Source: Octopus sinensis
Lineage: Eukaryota
DNA length: 64,000 nucleotides
Assembly (NCBI RefSeq): GCF_006345805.1
Contig: NC_042998.1
Span: forward strand, 105,896,001-105,960,000
Direction: 5' to 3'
Below, piece by piece: positions 10,704 through 23,875 of the stretch. The notes under the pieces are model-generated. The model was not told the DNA's origin and searched no databases. It saw only the letters and a program-made list of their open reading frames with translations. Position 1 is the stretch's first letter. Each line of letters begins with the position of its first letter. A program made the position numbers and the translations under genes.

Positions 10704-11519
10704 ATTATCATCATCATCATCATCATCATCATTATTATCATTATTTGTTATTATTATTTGTTATTATCAAGTAGATAGGAATCTATTAACATAAGGTGTT
10801 CCCTGCATATATAACTCTGACACTTACTGGACCACAAAATAAAGAACCACTTGCATGTATAAGGGTTTTAGTTTATTCTTGCAGTAATCTGCAAACCTCA
10901 TAATTGTTGTCATTGCATGCACAAACACCTCCAAACTAAGAAATCTACAACACTTCAGAATTTTAACACAAGACCATTCATAGAATATTCTCCCTTTCAT
11001 TTAACCCTATCAAGCAAAATAATGGATATACATGCAAAACATTACAGCAAGTGTCAATAACTTCTTTAACACACTGTACTGGGATCTAAGACAGGTGTGG
11101 AAGAAGAGCAATTGTCAAACTCTGAGTTTTCTTTTGTTATATTTGCTGTGATTCCCTCAAGAACTTGTTGGATTATATACACAGATTGAATATTATTATC
11201 ATCATCACTGGACAGTAAAAAAATTAAAAAAAGAAAAGACAAGCCAAGACTTCTATAGTATACAATAAATTATCACATTTAAGAGTGTATTGTATGCGCC
11301 ACAAAATAGGCAGGGATGTGGTAGAGCTGAAACAATGGCTGTGTGAAGTTTATCTAAACCAACAACCTATGTAAGCACAAATTAATGTGGGAACCTCTAT
11401 GTGATCACTTTCCCTCCTAGAAATAGCAACCAAATTTTATTCTTATGCTGGTAGGGTATAACCCTACCAGCATAAGATCGGATGGTTACATTGGATCATG
11501 GAGACCTTAATAGTTAATA

Positions 11520-11635
11520 AGACAGGATCTCATGGCTGGAATACCTTTCATTACAGATTTGCTCAAGCAGGACAAATCTTGGGCTAAATGACAATAACAT
11601 TTATAGATGTATTTGACCAGGACTGATTTGAGAGT
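11520..11635 (-). mobile_element. Element D, an unclassified diverged interspersed repeat
   Basis: Shared core gttgtttagccc..aggtca..ctgatcaa..acctatgatcaaaggcattccagccatgaccatc. Also seen near 24028, 27845 (minus), 30875, 37325, 38160-38400 and 61075. Confidence 0.55.
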
Positions 11636-11742
11636 AAATACCAACAACAATTAATACTCATTGCAATTAAATTACACTTCCACCAGTGATAGCATTAATA
11701 TGCAAAATATGCAAATGTGGAGGAGAAGGAGGAGGAGGGTTA

Positions 11743-12113
11743 CAAGGTGCAGTCTAAAATAGGCAATTAACAAAAAAGAAATTCGTTGAAATATACAACG
11801 GGGAAAAATATACATTAGATTATCAATATAATTTATGATTCATCATTAAACATCAAAATATTCTGAGATTTGTAAAGAGTAGTGCCAGGAATTGTAATTA
11901 AAAAGTCATCAAATATGTAGCAGGTTTACCATCAGTTAAGGAGACAGGCAAAAGGATTTCACCAGCTGCTGACATCAAACAGATGACTCTTTTATGTTAC
12001 CATCAAGGGTTGAACCAAAAATTAAATTGATAAATTAATTTAGATGTTTCCCATTGTATATTTCCACGATTTTCTATCTTTGTTTGTTAATTGCCTGTTT
12101 TAAACCACACCAT
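11743..12113. mobile_element. Old Tc1/mariner-type MITE
   Basis: ~85-bp imperfect terminal inverted repeats (caaggtgcagtctaaaataggcaattaac / revcomp gatggtgtggtttaaaacaggcaattaac). TA on both sides, at 11741-11742 and 12114-12115. Confidence 0.65.
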
Positions 12114-12329
12114 CTAATCCTTCTATAAATTCAAATGTAGAACTTGAAAGTAACAGTAGCCCAACAAACGTTGGCTATATCCAGGTTGACTGTTTAAAAT
12201 ATTACCCGTTTAAAATTTTTACCTGATGATGGTGAATTGTATGTTATGATGTAATTTTTTACAACTACATTAAATAAAATTCTTCTAAAACGGCTGTCAT
12301 AAATCTTAAATGCCAATCATGCTTACTAT

Positions 12330-12360
<31 letters not shown>

Positions 12361-12379
12361 ATGCATACATATACATATA

Positions 12380-13405
12380 TGAGGTTATATCAAAAAGTTC
12401 CTGGACTAGTTCTGTGGCATACAAACAGATGGCAGCACAAGGTTGCATGCACAGTGAGAGCTAGCAGTGACTTTGATGAGGCAGTGTACTGAGTGACATC
12501 ACTTGTGAAATTTGTATTTTTCTGATCACTTGTATGCTGTAGTCTGCGATTTTGTCATGGACAGGAAGTTGGAATAAAAAGTCGTTAAATTTTGGGTAAA
12601 ACTTGGGAAGTAGCATTGAGCATGCTTCAGTAAGCTTACAGTAATGAGGCAATGGGTCATACACAATATTTTGAGTGGCATGGGCACTTCAAAAGTGGAA
12701 GAACATCCTCAGAAGATGAAAAGCGATCTGGAAGACCTGCTACAAGCATTATTCCTGGAAATTGGGAGAATATTCATCAGCTTGTACATGAAGATCATTG
12801 AAGGTCAATCAATGACATTGCTGATGTTGTTGATCTGTTGTATGGATCCATGCAGGCAATCTTAACGTCTGAATTGAACATGTAGCATGTCTCTGCCAAG
12901 TTTGTCCCCCACCTACTGACCACTGAGCAGAAAGAACATCACATCGAAGTCTGTTAAGATCTCCATCGGCATGCTACTGATGACCCATCCTTCATGTTGA
13001 GGATCATTACCAGTGACAAAAGTTGAGTCTATGAGTATAACCCTGAGATGAAGCAGCAGCCAACACAATGGAAGAGCTCTTCATCTCCACGATCAAGGAA
13101 GGCATGATAGAACTGCAGCTGATTCAAGAGCATGCTCTTCATTTTGTTTCAATATCTGCAGTATTGCACACTGAGAATTTGTCTTCCAGAGCCAGACCAT
13201 CAAACGAGAATTCTACTGCGACATTTTGAAGTATTTGGGGGAGAACATTCAGTGAAAGCAACCAGATATGTAAAGCACAAAGAATTGAATTCTTCACAGC
13301 AACACTGTACCCTGTCATTGAGCTCTCCCCATTCGTGAGTTTCTCACCAAAAGCAACATGGTATCACTTCCACACCTACCCTATTCATCAGATTTCGCAC
13401 CAGCA
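12380..13405 (+). mobile_element. mariner transposon, left TIR plus decayed transposase, 3'-truncated
   Basis: TA-TGAGGTTATATCAAAAAGTTCC TIR; ATG at 12557. Translation includes FKSGRTSSEDEKRSGRP, SAKFVPHLLT, IITSDKS.VYEYNPE.KQQ, KSML, and LPHLPYSSDFAP (YSPDLAP motif). Many stops. Confidence 0.93.
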
Positions 13406-13862
13406 AAATGAAACCAGCCAAGTGTTGATAGCTTCAATCTTACTCTATCCATTTAATTTCAACTTAAGAATTTTGACTCAGCATGCACAAGTACTCCACC
13501 TTAAATGTTTCTGTCATTTCTTTCTCCATCAATCTATCTATTTACAATATCCAGAAGTACTTATAGCCCATCTTTTCTATCTGCTTCATAACCTCCTCCA
13601 ACGGTATCACTAGCCCATCCATACATTTGATTTCACCTCTCTTTAAGACTAACACACCACATTTTTTCAGTCCAAACTCCATTCTGATATCAACACTGAA
13701 AGTATACACCATATCAATGAGGGAACTGACTTGGAACTCATCTTTACCACAAAGTTTGAGGTCATCCATGAATAACAAATGGTTGACTTTTTGTTGGTGG
13801 CTCTTGAATGCATACCCAGCCTTTGCTTTCCTCAGAATCAGTGTTAGTGGTATCATGCACAA
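13405..13862 (-). mobile_element. R4/Dong-clade LINE RT fragment
   Basis: KVNHLLFMDDLKL..DIRMEFGLKKC..GYKYFWIL..KLNG.SKIEAINTW. Abuts the (ATT/ATC)n array at 13866-13985. Confidence 0.88.
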
Positions 13863-13865
13863 TAT

Positions 13866-13877
13866 TTATCATCATCA

Positions 13878-13927
<50 letters not shown>

Positions 13928-13937
13928 GTCATCATCA

Positions 13938-13983
<46 letters not shown>

Positions 13984-13986
13984 CAT
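13866..13986. repeat. (ATC)/(ATT)n microsatellite
   Basis: Direct inspection. Confidence 0.95.
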
Positions 13987-15101
13987 TGAAAATATATGAT
14001 TCAAATAACTAGCAAAATTATTTACGTTTATATCATCTTCAGTTATGTAAGCACTTGCATCCTTACTCAGACTGCATGCAACCTATTGACATTTAATATT
14101 CATCATTCAATGATGTAAGTTTGACAATAATTAAGAATCCAAAACTATTTCAATGTCTAATTTCAGAGCTTTCAGCAGATTTTTATACAAAGAAGGATTG
14201 CTTTGAAATAACTTTCATATTGATTTCGGCATTTCAATTTAAAATCCCATTGATATTAATTTTTCCTTTTATTCCTTCACAATTAAGTAAATGAATCCTT
14301 GTAGTATTCTAGCATTTATTCAGTTTATGTTTACTGTAGCAGATACTGCAGAGAAGACAATACACACACAGTGTGCTAGATCCACAAATAGGTTACAAGT
14401 CCTGCTTGCTGACAATTCATTTCACCAACTTCAGTATTCTCACTGAGTAAAACATTATTACCACAAAATCCTAATAACCTTCTGGTATAAATAACCTTCT
14501 GGTATAAATTTATGGCCTGGTACACAATTTACAATCCTCATTGCCACCTCTATTACAATCTTCATTGTCAATTGTACAATTGCCATCATTGTGTGTTCAC
14601 TAATATCATTGCTTCTGTCATAAAAATCGTTATTATCATTATCATTACTATTAAAACCTTCACTATCATCACTACTAATAGTGTCTTTATATTCCCCTCA
14701 AAACTGTCATTATCATCAATGTCACTACTTCTCTATAATTGTCCTTCATTTTTAACCCTCATCCTCATAATCTTTATCATTTATGGTCATCATCAGAACT
14801 ATAACAGTCAAATGTCCATTTTTCCCATGCTAATATAGCTTAAAAGCAGATAAAGAATTAATAACTATCTCATAGACAGATAATCTGCTTGGCATCAGCA
14901 AAAATGGTATTATCCAAACTATATTATCATAATGAGATTTATATAATGTTATTATCAGAATGTTAAGATGAGAAAGCTCCCTATCTCTCTTTCTCTCTCT
15001 CCCTCTATATTTATACTATATTATCTATTATATATGTATAATACATTCATACATACACACACATATGTGTGTGTGTGTGCGTGTGTGTGTGTATGTGTGT
15101 T

Positions 15102-15134
<33 letters not shown>

Positions 15135-15624
15135 GAAACTGAGATAACTAAGTCTCTAGAGTATCAGATATTCAATGAAAAGATCAAGAACTTATATCCT
15201 ATAATTAATATTGCTCGATATCTCTGTCTCAGCAGCCTTTTACAAGTAGCTGCAAGTGTGTCTCTTATCTAATGCAAATGACTTGTGTTTACAGTGCAGT
15301 GTATTCTATTGCATACAGTAGCAAATGCATCTGATAACTAATTTTTAATTCAGATGCACATTTAGGTTGCTGTTGTTGCTGGTGTTGTTGTGTAGTCCCA
15401 GAGCAACTCTGATCAAGTTTTATGGCATTCAGGCGAATGGCCTCACAACTAGGTTCACCTCCCTAGAGCAGTTATACCATGTCTCACCCCATTTGACATC
15501 TGTGCTACATACTGCAACATGCAGTGATGATATCTCCAGTGGAATATACTGTGGTAGCCTGGAAATGTTACTTTCTGTCTTCCTCTTTCTATCTGTTTGT
15601 CTGTTTCTTTTTTTCTTTCTCTGG

Positions 15625-15664
<40 letters not shown>

Positions 15665-15720
15665 TGCACACGCACGGACACACATGTATATCTATCTGTA
15701 ACTAAATATCTAAAAATACA

Positions 15721-16112
15721 TCATGGCTGTGTGGTAAGAAGCTTGCTTCTCAACCACATGGTTCCAGGTTCAGTCCCACTGCATGGCATCTTGGGCAAGT
15801 ATCTGCCATTATAGCTTCAGACCAACTAAAGCATTGTGAGTAGATTTGGTAGACAGAAACTGAAAGAATATATGTATATATCTATGTGTATGTATCTTTG
15901 TGTCTGAGTTTGTCTCCCAATCACTCCTCAACAACCGGTGTTGATGTGTTTACGTCCTTGTAACTTCATGGTTCAGCAAGAGAGAGACTGATAATATAGG
16001 TAGTGGACTTAAAAAATAGTCCTAGGGTCGATTTCTTCAACTAAAAATGCTTCAAGGCGGTGCTCCAGCATGGCCGCAGTCAAATGACTGGAACAAGTCA
16101 AAGAATAAAAGC
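15721..16112 (+). mobile_element. SINE-A, full length, diverged
   Basis: Head catggctgtgtggtaagaagcttgc to tail gaataaaag. Confidence 0.9.
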
Positions 16113-16587
16113 ATATATATCAGAAGTGCTTATGCAGAGCTTCCATCTGTCAAATTCTATTCACTAACGATTGGTCAATCCAAGGCAACAGTAGATCTCT
16201 GCCCAGATTATCAATCAGTGGAAAGCTATGCATAACCTTGTAGAAGTGAAGAGAACACTGAACCAGTTATTAACCACACACAGCTACACCTATATATGTT
16301 AGTGTAAGAGAAAGTGTGTGTATCTATGTGTGTGTGTGTGTGTGTGTAGGTTTACAGTTCTTCAACTATCTCTTTTGCATTCATATATTAACAGTTTATA
16401 TCTTAATTATAAAAAGATATAAAACCATTATTCTATGCTAATTTGGTTAATTTTGTCAAGCTTCCTTTTCAGTTTGTAAGATAGAAATCTAAATGTAATA
16501 ATATGTTTTAAAAGAAATTTAAAGTGCCTACGTGATAACTGTAAACCTACTTTTGGGCCACCCTCTATATATGTGTATATATGTATT

Positions 16588-16995
16588 CTTTTCTTTTCTT
16601 TTTACTTGTTTCAGTCATTTGACTGCGGCCATGCTGGAGCACCGCCTTTAGTCGATCAAATCGACCCCGGGACTTATTCTTTGTAAGCCCAGTACTTATT
16701 CTATCAGTCTCTTTTGCCGAACCGCTAAGTGACGGGGACGTAAACACACCAGCATCGGTTGTCAAGCAATGCTAGGGGTACAAACACAGATGCACAAACA
16801 CACACACACACATATACATATATATATACATATATACGACAGGCTTCTTTCAGTTTCCGTCTACCAAATCCACTCACAAGGCATTGGTCAGCCCGGGGCT
16901 GTAGCAGAAGACACTTGCCCAAGATGCCATGCAGTGGGACTGAACCCGGAACCATGTGGTTGGTTAGCAAGCTACTTACCACACAGCCACTCCTA
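16588..16995 (-). mobile_element. SINE-A, full length, young (CpGs retained)
   Basis: Close match to 4737-5163. Confidence 0.93.
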
Positions 16996-17179
16996 TATAC
17001 ACACATCTATATAAAGTATTGAATTTAGTTTTTTCTCACCAAAGCTAATGTTATGTGAGCAAAATTCATCAGGTGGGAGGTGATGCCACACTTCCTGTGC
17101 ATGCGTGAAAATTTTCATGCGTCATTTCCCAGCTATTACACCTAGAGTACAGACATGTAGCACACACTTGTCAGATTTT

Positions 17180-17640
17180 TATTTTCATGCAAGATGATCA
17201 AATGCCTCGAGCAGAGCCCATAAGCCCATATCTCATCACCAGCAATGATGGTTTTCATGAAGTCTGGGTCATGGTTTGCTCAGTCGAGCATATCCTGAGC
17301 AATTTCCATGTGGAGTTGCTTCTACTGCTCTACCAGCATGTTAAGCAATTTCTTGTATTGTTACATGATTGTCTTCTATGGCTATTCATCAAACCATTTC
17401 AAATGGCTCCTCGTTTCAGCTTTTGGATGTCTTGCCTGAGCATGCCTCCCTCTCCACTGAGGTGCAGCCATGTGTGAAGTGGTTGTACTACTCCCTAATC
17501 TAATGGCATCTAATGATCCATGGCTTCATTGCTGAATGCCTGCTGAATCTTCTGGATGATTTGAGCTCGAATATCACCAAGCTTTTGGCAAAACTTGATA
17601 GAATATCTCTGCTTGATGCAATTGGGGAAAAACAAAAATC
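17180..17640 (-). mobile_element. mariner transposase remnant, internally deleted
   Basis: IKQRYSIKFCQKLG..QKIQQAFSNEAM..TSVERE.CSG..HVTIQEIA / EIAQDMLD..NHDPDFMKTIIAGDEIWAYG. Confidence 0.85.
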
Positions 17641-17846
17641 CAGTGGGCATGCACTACACATCTGTACTCCAGGTGTACCTGTCGGAAACCGACAAGGTCT
17701 ACTGGTACGAAAAGTTTCTCACATGTGCTTGAATATACCTTGTATATATAGTTAATCTAAACATGAACAAAGAGAAAACACAACAACACAAGGACATGGA
17801 ATAAGTATAGTGTTACTGGACGCTAAGGAAAGGAAAAAAGAAAGGT

Positions 17847-18049
17847 GCAATCACTGTGCAATGACTAAGGAAAATAGTCTAATAAAGGGGCATATAAGCC
17901 CTCGACAGACAAAAGAAGGCTTTCCCATCTGTGTTAACAAACGGATGTGGGTTCGACTCCCATGCAGATGGAAAAGCCTTCTTTTTCCTATTGAGGGTTT
18001 ATATACCCCGTTATTAGACTATTTTCCTGAGTCATAGCATGATGATTGC
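17847..18049. repeat. Imperfect inverted repeat, 85-bp arms and 33-nt loop
   Basis: 17847-17931 pairs with 17965-18049 at roughly 80-85% identity by eye. Confidence 0.85.
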
Positions 18050-18300
18050 CATAAGCTTTAAGCTTATATAAAAATACCATTATTATAATTTACAGGATTG
18101 CAAATCACTGTGCCATGATAAAAAGCGATTCGCTCCAAAAGCATATATATATATATGTATATATACTACCAAATTAGACTAATACATAAATGTTATAAAT
18201 TGAGGGTAACAGTGGCTTGTGTATAAAAAGTGACCATATCAGTAATATTGATTTTTAAGTATATAATTATAAAAATATAAGTATAATTAAAGGCACCGTG

Positions 18301-18331
<31 letters not shown>

Positions 18332-19112
18332 AACTTCACAGGTGAAAGTTTACATAGGGTGTCCATGTCTACTTCAAGCTTGCTGATGCCCAATGAGTCC
18401 AATTCCAGACAAAATAGACTCTTCACACACAACCTCATACACACACACACATAAAAGAGAGAAGTATATTTGTCAGGCATTTTGATCTAAGACTGTGTAT
18501 TGAAACTGAAGTGATTGCAACAAGGAAGACACATGTTAGCCATTTCGAAACACACAAAAGCTATTACCTTCACTTAAACATTTAGTGTTTGTAATATGGT
18601 GTGTTTCTGAATGACTAACACATGTCTTCCATGTTGCAATCATTGTGCATGTGTGTGTGTGTGTGTTGTGTGTGTGTGTGTGTATGTGTGTGTGTGTGTG
18701 TGTGTGCATGTGTGTGTGTTTGTGTGTGTGGTCTCAGGTTCAATCCTATTGTGTGCCACCTTGGGCAAGTGCTTTCTGCTTTATCCCTAAACTCATCAAA
18801 GACAGTGAAAGACTCAAAGAAGCTGCTCATTATACATTTATTTGTTTGTGTGTATATATACATATAAACATACATATATATAGATATATATGGAGAGTGG
18901 GAGAGCGAAACACAGAGGAGTGAGACAGAGGGAATCTGCAGGTGAGATCAAAAGATGCTCAATACAAAAAACGTGTAGTGGTGATCAAATGATTTGAACT
19001 TACTCCCCAAAGTCTTTATCAAGGACTAAGTCCACAACAGTAAAGAGTGGCTTTAAGAGGACTCCAGGTGAAATGATATGGAGATAATGATGCAAATAAA
19101 AACATTTTGGCT

Positions 19113-19151
<39 letters not shown>

Positions 19152-19269
19152 TCATTACTTTCTCTTGGTCTTCACTTCATGTGATAGTTGTAAGCGAATG
19201 CTACCAGCATGCAAGGGTTGTCCATTGTTTTGGAAGCTTCCATAAGAACATAAATAGTGATGGAAAATG

Positions 19270-19422
19270 TGTATATATCATCATCATCATCATCATCATC
19301 ATCGTTTAACGTCTGCTTTCTATGCTAGCATGTGTTGGATGATTTGACTTCACCAGACTCCAGTCTGATCTGGCAGAGTTTCTACAGCTGGATGCTCTTC
19401 CTAACACCAACCACTCTGAGAG
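19270..19422 (-). mobile_element. RTE LINE 3' UTR end with (GAT)n tail
   Basis: Matches the terminal part of 43089-43963. Confidence 0.8.
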
Positions 19423-19581
19423 GTAGGTAAGTATGTAGGTAGGTAGGTAGGTAGGTAGGTAGGTAAGTATGTAGGTACATAGATAGATAGATAGTTAGAT
19501 AGATAGATAGATAGATACATACATACATACATACATACATACATACATACATACATACATACATACATACATACATACATA
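19423..19581. repeat. Compound (GGTA)n(GATA)n(CATA)n microsatellite
   Basis: Direct inspection. Confidence 0.95.
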
Positions 19582-20398
19582 CAAGGGCTGCTGAAAAGTT
19601 GCTGGCTTTGAATAAAAGAAAATACAGGAGGATCAGTAAATTATGATATTATTCAACACTAGCAGTATAACCCTGCTTTGCCCAGGATTAAGTTAGGATT
19701 ATTAAGCTAATCAATTTCTTTATTTCAAACCTAAGTAACATCGACGTCAAATGTGGGCGAAGTCTGTTGAAATTGGTTATATATATATATATATATGGGC
19801 AACACACACACACACACACACACACACCACACACATACATACACACACACACACATACATACACATACGTACGTACGTACATCTACTGCATACATGTTTT
19901 TTGTATGCATACATGTTCGTGTGTGTCCGTTGCCCATATATCAACAAAACACTTTTTTCCTCGATGGAAAAAAAGCGACAAAAGTCTTAACAAAAACTTA
20001 CTTGTCACTAGAAGGAGACTTAACTCCTGTTTGCAAACAATGGTGATTTTTCTGACTTGAAAATTGTTAAAAGTTTTGGTTGAAAATTTATTTTTACTGC
20101 TATTCGCTGGTGCCTCTGGGGAAAATAAGTTGACGAAAATACAGCTAGTGTCATGACGAATGTCCTCCTAAAATTGGAATGACATACATGCTAATTTGTG
20201 GACATGCATAAATTACATTCACGTACACACACACACATCCTACCTTTTATATATACAGATATTACCCTCTCAGATTCACACACTTATTGCAGCGGTCATT
20301 CAGTTTTTCTAAGCCATGTGTAGGAACTCAGGAGGTTGGGCTTCCAACCAGGCCTTTTGCAATATCCTTAAAGCCATGAACTTTTCAACACCCCCTTG
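19582..20398. mobile_element. mariner-type MITE (~216 bp) split by a Helitron insertion
   Basis: TIRs caagggctgctgaaaagttgctggcttt and revcomp caagggggtgttgaaaagttcatggcttt; TA left, CA right. Confidence 0.75.
19659..20259 (-). mobile_element. Non-autonomous Helitron, copy 1
   Basis: Minus strand starts TC(tgtatatataaaagg) and ends with a GC-rich hairpin then CTAG; inserted between A and T. Termini are shared with 55621-56681. Confidence 0.85.
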
Positions 20399-20412
20399 CA
20401 GATAGATAGAGA

Positions 20413-20477
<65 letters not shown>

Positions 20478-20779
20478 GAGATCTAATGAACTTCCAACCA
20501 ATGCAATGAGAGTGAATCTGAAAATGTGCTTGCAAATTGAAGTTCCTAACCATACAGCCTTTATTTGCACCTTTACATACATATATATTTTACAGGTAAA
20601 TATTTATATAGCAAGACCTCCAGCAAACTGACAGGGAATCAATACTTAATTAGTTGCACCTCCTGGAATTAGTGCTGACTAGTGATTGAAAAATCATGGA
20701 TTGCTAAGATTTCCTGAAGGTAATAAGTACTATCTATAATTTAATTAACTTATTTAGCACTGAAGATGAAACTTTGATA

Positions 20780-20914
20780 ATGCTTAGTTAAAGTATATAC
20801 ATGTATGCATGTGTGTATATGTGTATATATATATCTGTGTGTGTGTAGGTGTATATGTATAAATATACACATATATATACATTTATATATACATGCATAC
20901 ATATATGTACATAT

Positions 20915-20945
<31 letters not shown>

Positions 20946-21040
20946 GCTGGTTGTCTACTCCTTATACAGAGTTTGACCACCTCCTGTACCTACGCCTTAG
21001 CACCAACATGGCATCTGATATAGACATATATGTATATATC

Positions 21041-21082
<42 letters not shown>

Positions 21083-21095
21083 TACATATATATAT

Positions 21096-21127
<32 letters not shown>

Positions 21128-21156
21128 ATATATACATATACACACATATATACATA

Positions 21157-21242
<86 letters not shown>

Positions 21243-21347
21243 TATATATCCACATACACATACACACACATATACATATATATATGTATAACACATACAC
21301 ATATGTATATTTGTGCATATACATATGCACACACACACACACATATG

Positions 21348-21381
<34 letters not shown>

Positions 21382-21385
21382 TAAT
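20780..21385. repeat. Long (TA)n/(CA)n/(AAT)n low-complexity tract
   Basis: Direct inspection; source of the poly-YI ORFs. Confidence 0.95.
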
Positions 21386-21755
21386 GTCTGTGTGTGTTGG
21401 CATTATCTGTAGTAGACATCTACAGAATGTGGTTTCAAGACAAAATGAGACGTTGGAGAGAAAATGGTTGTGTCCTTCCCACTGTATGAAAAAGGATATT
21501 GTAATAATCATGCTTTGAAAGATAAGGAATGGAAAGCAGGATATCTGCAGTGTGTATAAAGAATGAGTTGTCTATGAACTTATACAAATGAAAGGTGAAG
21601 CGGGTGCTGCTGAATTAAGAAATTGGTAGCTGCATATCAGATGCAGTGTTTGGTGCATGCAAATGAGAAAAGAAAACTGTTTACTAGTATGGTCTTGTAT
21701 TGTGAATAGATAATGCATAGTGTCTTCTAGCATTTCCACTGCAAGCTGTGCTTCT

Positions 21756-22003
<248 letters not shown>

Positions 22004-23824
22004 TACTTCCATACAGTTCCAGAAGTATGTCAGAATTTCTATAAGAAAGGGGTTTTATACTTTGTTCAATCCAATTTTAATTTCTTGAGAACAAGTTGTT
22101 ATGACTCATCTTCTTTGATACTTCTCATCCTGCAACAAAGCTGATTTAGAGACAAGTAGATGAATAGAAAAAGAGATAGGTCTATTATTACTTTTTCTGG
22201 TGCGAGTGGACCATTAACAGTAACCTCATGTCAATGATTCTTTCTCGCTTCAGTGCCTTTTTGTCTTTTCAATTTTGAGATGATTTAATGGCAACATTGC
22301 TCTCCAAAACAATTTTATCTGTTATACTGTGTTGCTGATGAACCTTCTGCAAGGAAACCTCTGTAAGGACATTCAATCTACTACAAATATCAGCCAAATA
22401 TCTCTTAAACTGTACTATACTCTCTTGAAACATAAAAAGTCACATTGCACAACACAGTTTTATATATCCCTAAAATAACAACAGTCATAACTAGAATGCC
22501 TTTATTAGTTTTTTCATTTGTTCAATATTGCTATGGTTACTGAACTAAACTCCATCATGCCATTATATTTTCTTCATTGAAAAGATTGGTATTACAATAT
22601 TTCTAGTATTTCTTATTAAAAGAAGATACTGTAACAATGTAACACTGAACAATCAAGATGTTTTCTTATTGCAGTCATTATGCTTCATATAGTGTGGAAA
22701 ATGTTTTTAATGAATTAGTAATATTTATACAGTGAACAGAACGCATTATGTCAGTGACTAATGTTAAATTAATCTGATTTTGACAAGTACAGACGACTAG
22801 TTTGAGCTTTTCTCTCAGTGGAGCATAGCCATCACCATACTGGACTAATATTTATGATAAGAGAAATATTAGCAAACCACTTTACTGTAAGTTTTAATGT
22901 AGCAATTGTCTCTAGGTAATTTTCTAGTCATCCTTTTAAGTTATTACACTACTCAGTGTCCATTTAGGAAAAACATATCTCTTTAACCACTTCTAAATCT
23001 TGCAGTCACAAGTAAACTATCATTTATTGATGAGGTCAAATAAGATTGACACTTGTCCAGAGTTGTCACCACACTGCTAAAGGTCAGACTCACTTTCTGT
23101 TGCATCCTATAATTAATTAATATACTGAAGTTGTCTCCCTGTCAGTTTTAACCAGAATTAATCATTCAGGTAATGATTGCTCTCATTATTAAGGTGTAAT
23201 TTTTACTAGTTAAGCTTTATTGGTTTACTGCTTCAATTTCACAAGCAACACCCACTCTACTATTAAATTCTAGTGAAGGAGGTGACCTGGGATAAATTTC
23301 CTCTGTTAGTTTACTATATTGATGTATAGAATGTACATGAGTAGGTATCAAATATTATCATACTGACTGGGCATAATTACCAAGATGCACCATCTGCACA
23401 AAAAAATAACAGTCCAAGTACTGTCAATATGAAATGTTGGATGAAATGATTTACAGTTTTTGTTCTGGCTGACCAAAATTGATAAAACAATCAAATTAAC
23501 CTAGGTTTCTGGTTTCAAATTAACCTAGGGATCACTTCACCTTTATTCCATCTAGGTTTAATAGAATAAAATATCAGTCAAGTACTGGATCAATGGTATT
23601 GGCTGACCCCTTCCTCTCAATTGCTGATTTTGTGTCTAAACTAGAAACATTAATTCTAATGAAGAGAAAAAATCATTAACTTAGTTATTATTACTTGAAT
23701 ACAACTTTTGTTATTCCAGTTAGTAGTGAATGTACCAAGCTGACACAGAATTTTAGTTGTAAATGAAAATAGCCAGACTGACATATAGGTAGGTAAGCAG
23801 GTAAGGGATGAGATAAGTAAATTA

Positions 23825-23875
23825 GTGGATGTAGTAGAAAGGTGGATGTAGTAGAAAGGTGGATGTAGTAGAAAG
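23825..23875 (+). repeat. 17-bp tandem repeat, three copies (GTGGATGTAGTAGAAAG)
   Basis: Exact head-to-tail copies with no spacers. Confidence 0.95.

Noticed and set aside
12150-12240. Scattered hammerhead-like words (aaacgttggcta, cctgatgatgg)
   Set aside because: Wrong order and no coherent fold.
15513-15558. 46-nt minus-strand candidate exon (ttccag..gtatgt), open in all frames
   Set aside because: Poor polypyrimidine tract and no recognisable protein similarity.
20951-21518. Long ORFs of YI/HT/CV repeats (also 391-711, 33926-34275, 39502-39856, 40192-40540)
   Set aside because: They are translations of (TA)n, (CA)n and (CATA)n microsatellites, which lack stops in several frames.
22325-22375. 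CTGATGAACCTTCTGCAAGGAAAC
   Set aside because: Stem II closing pair and stem I are absent.
23825-23875. CRISPR-like repeat
   Set aside because: Head-to-tail 17-mers without spacers, in eukaryotic DNA.
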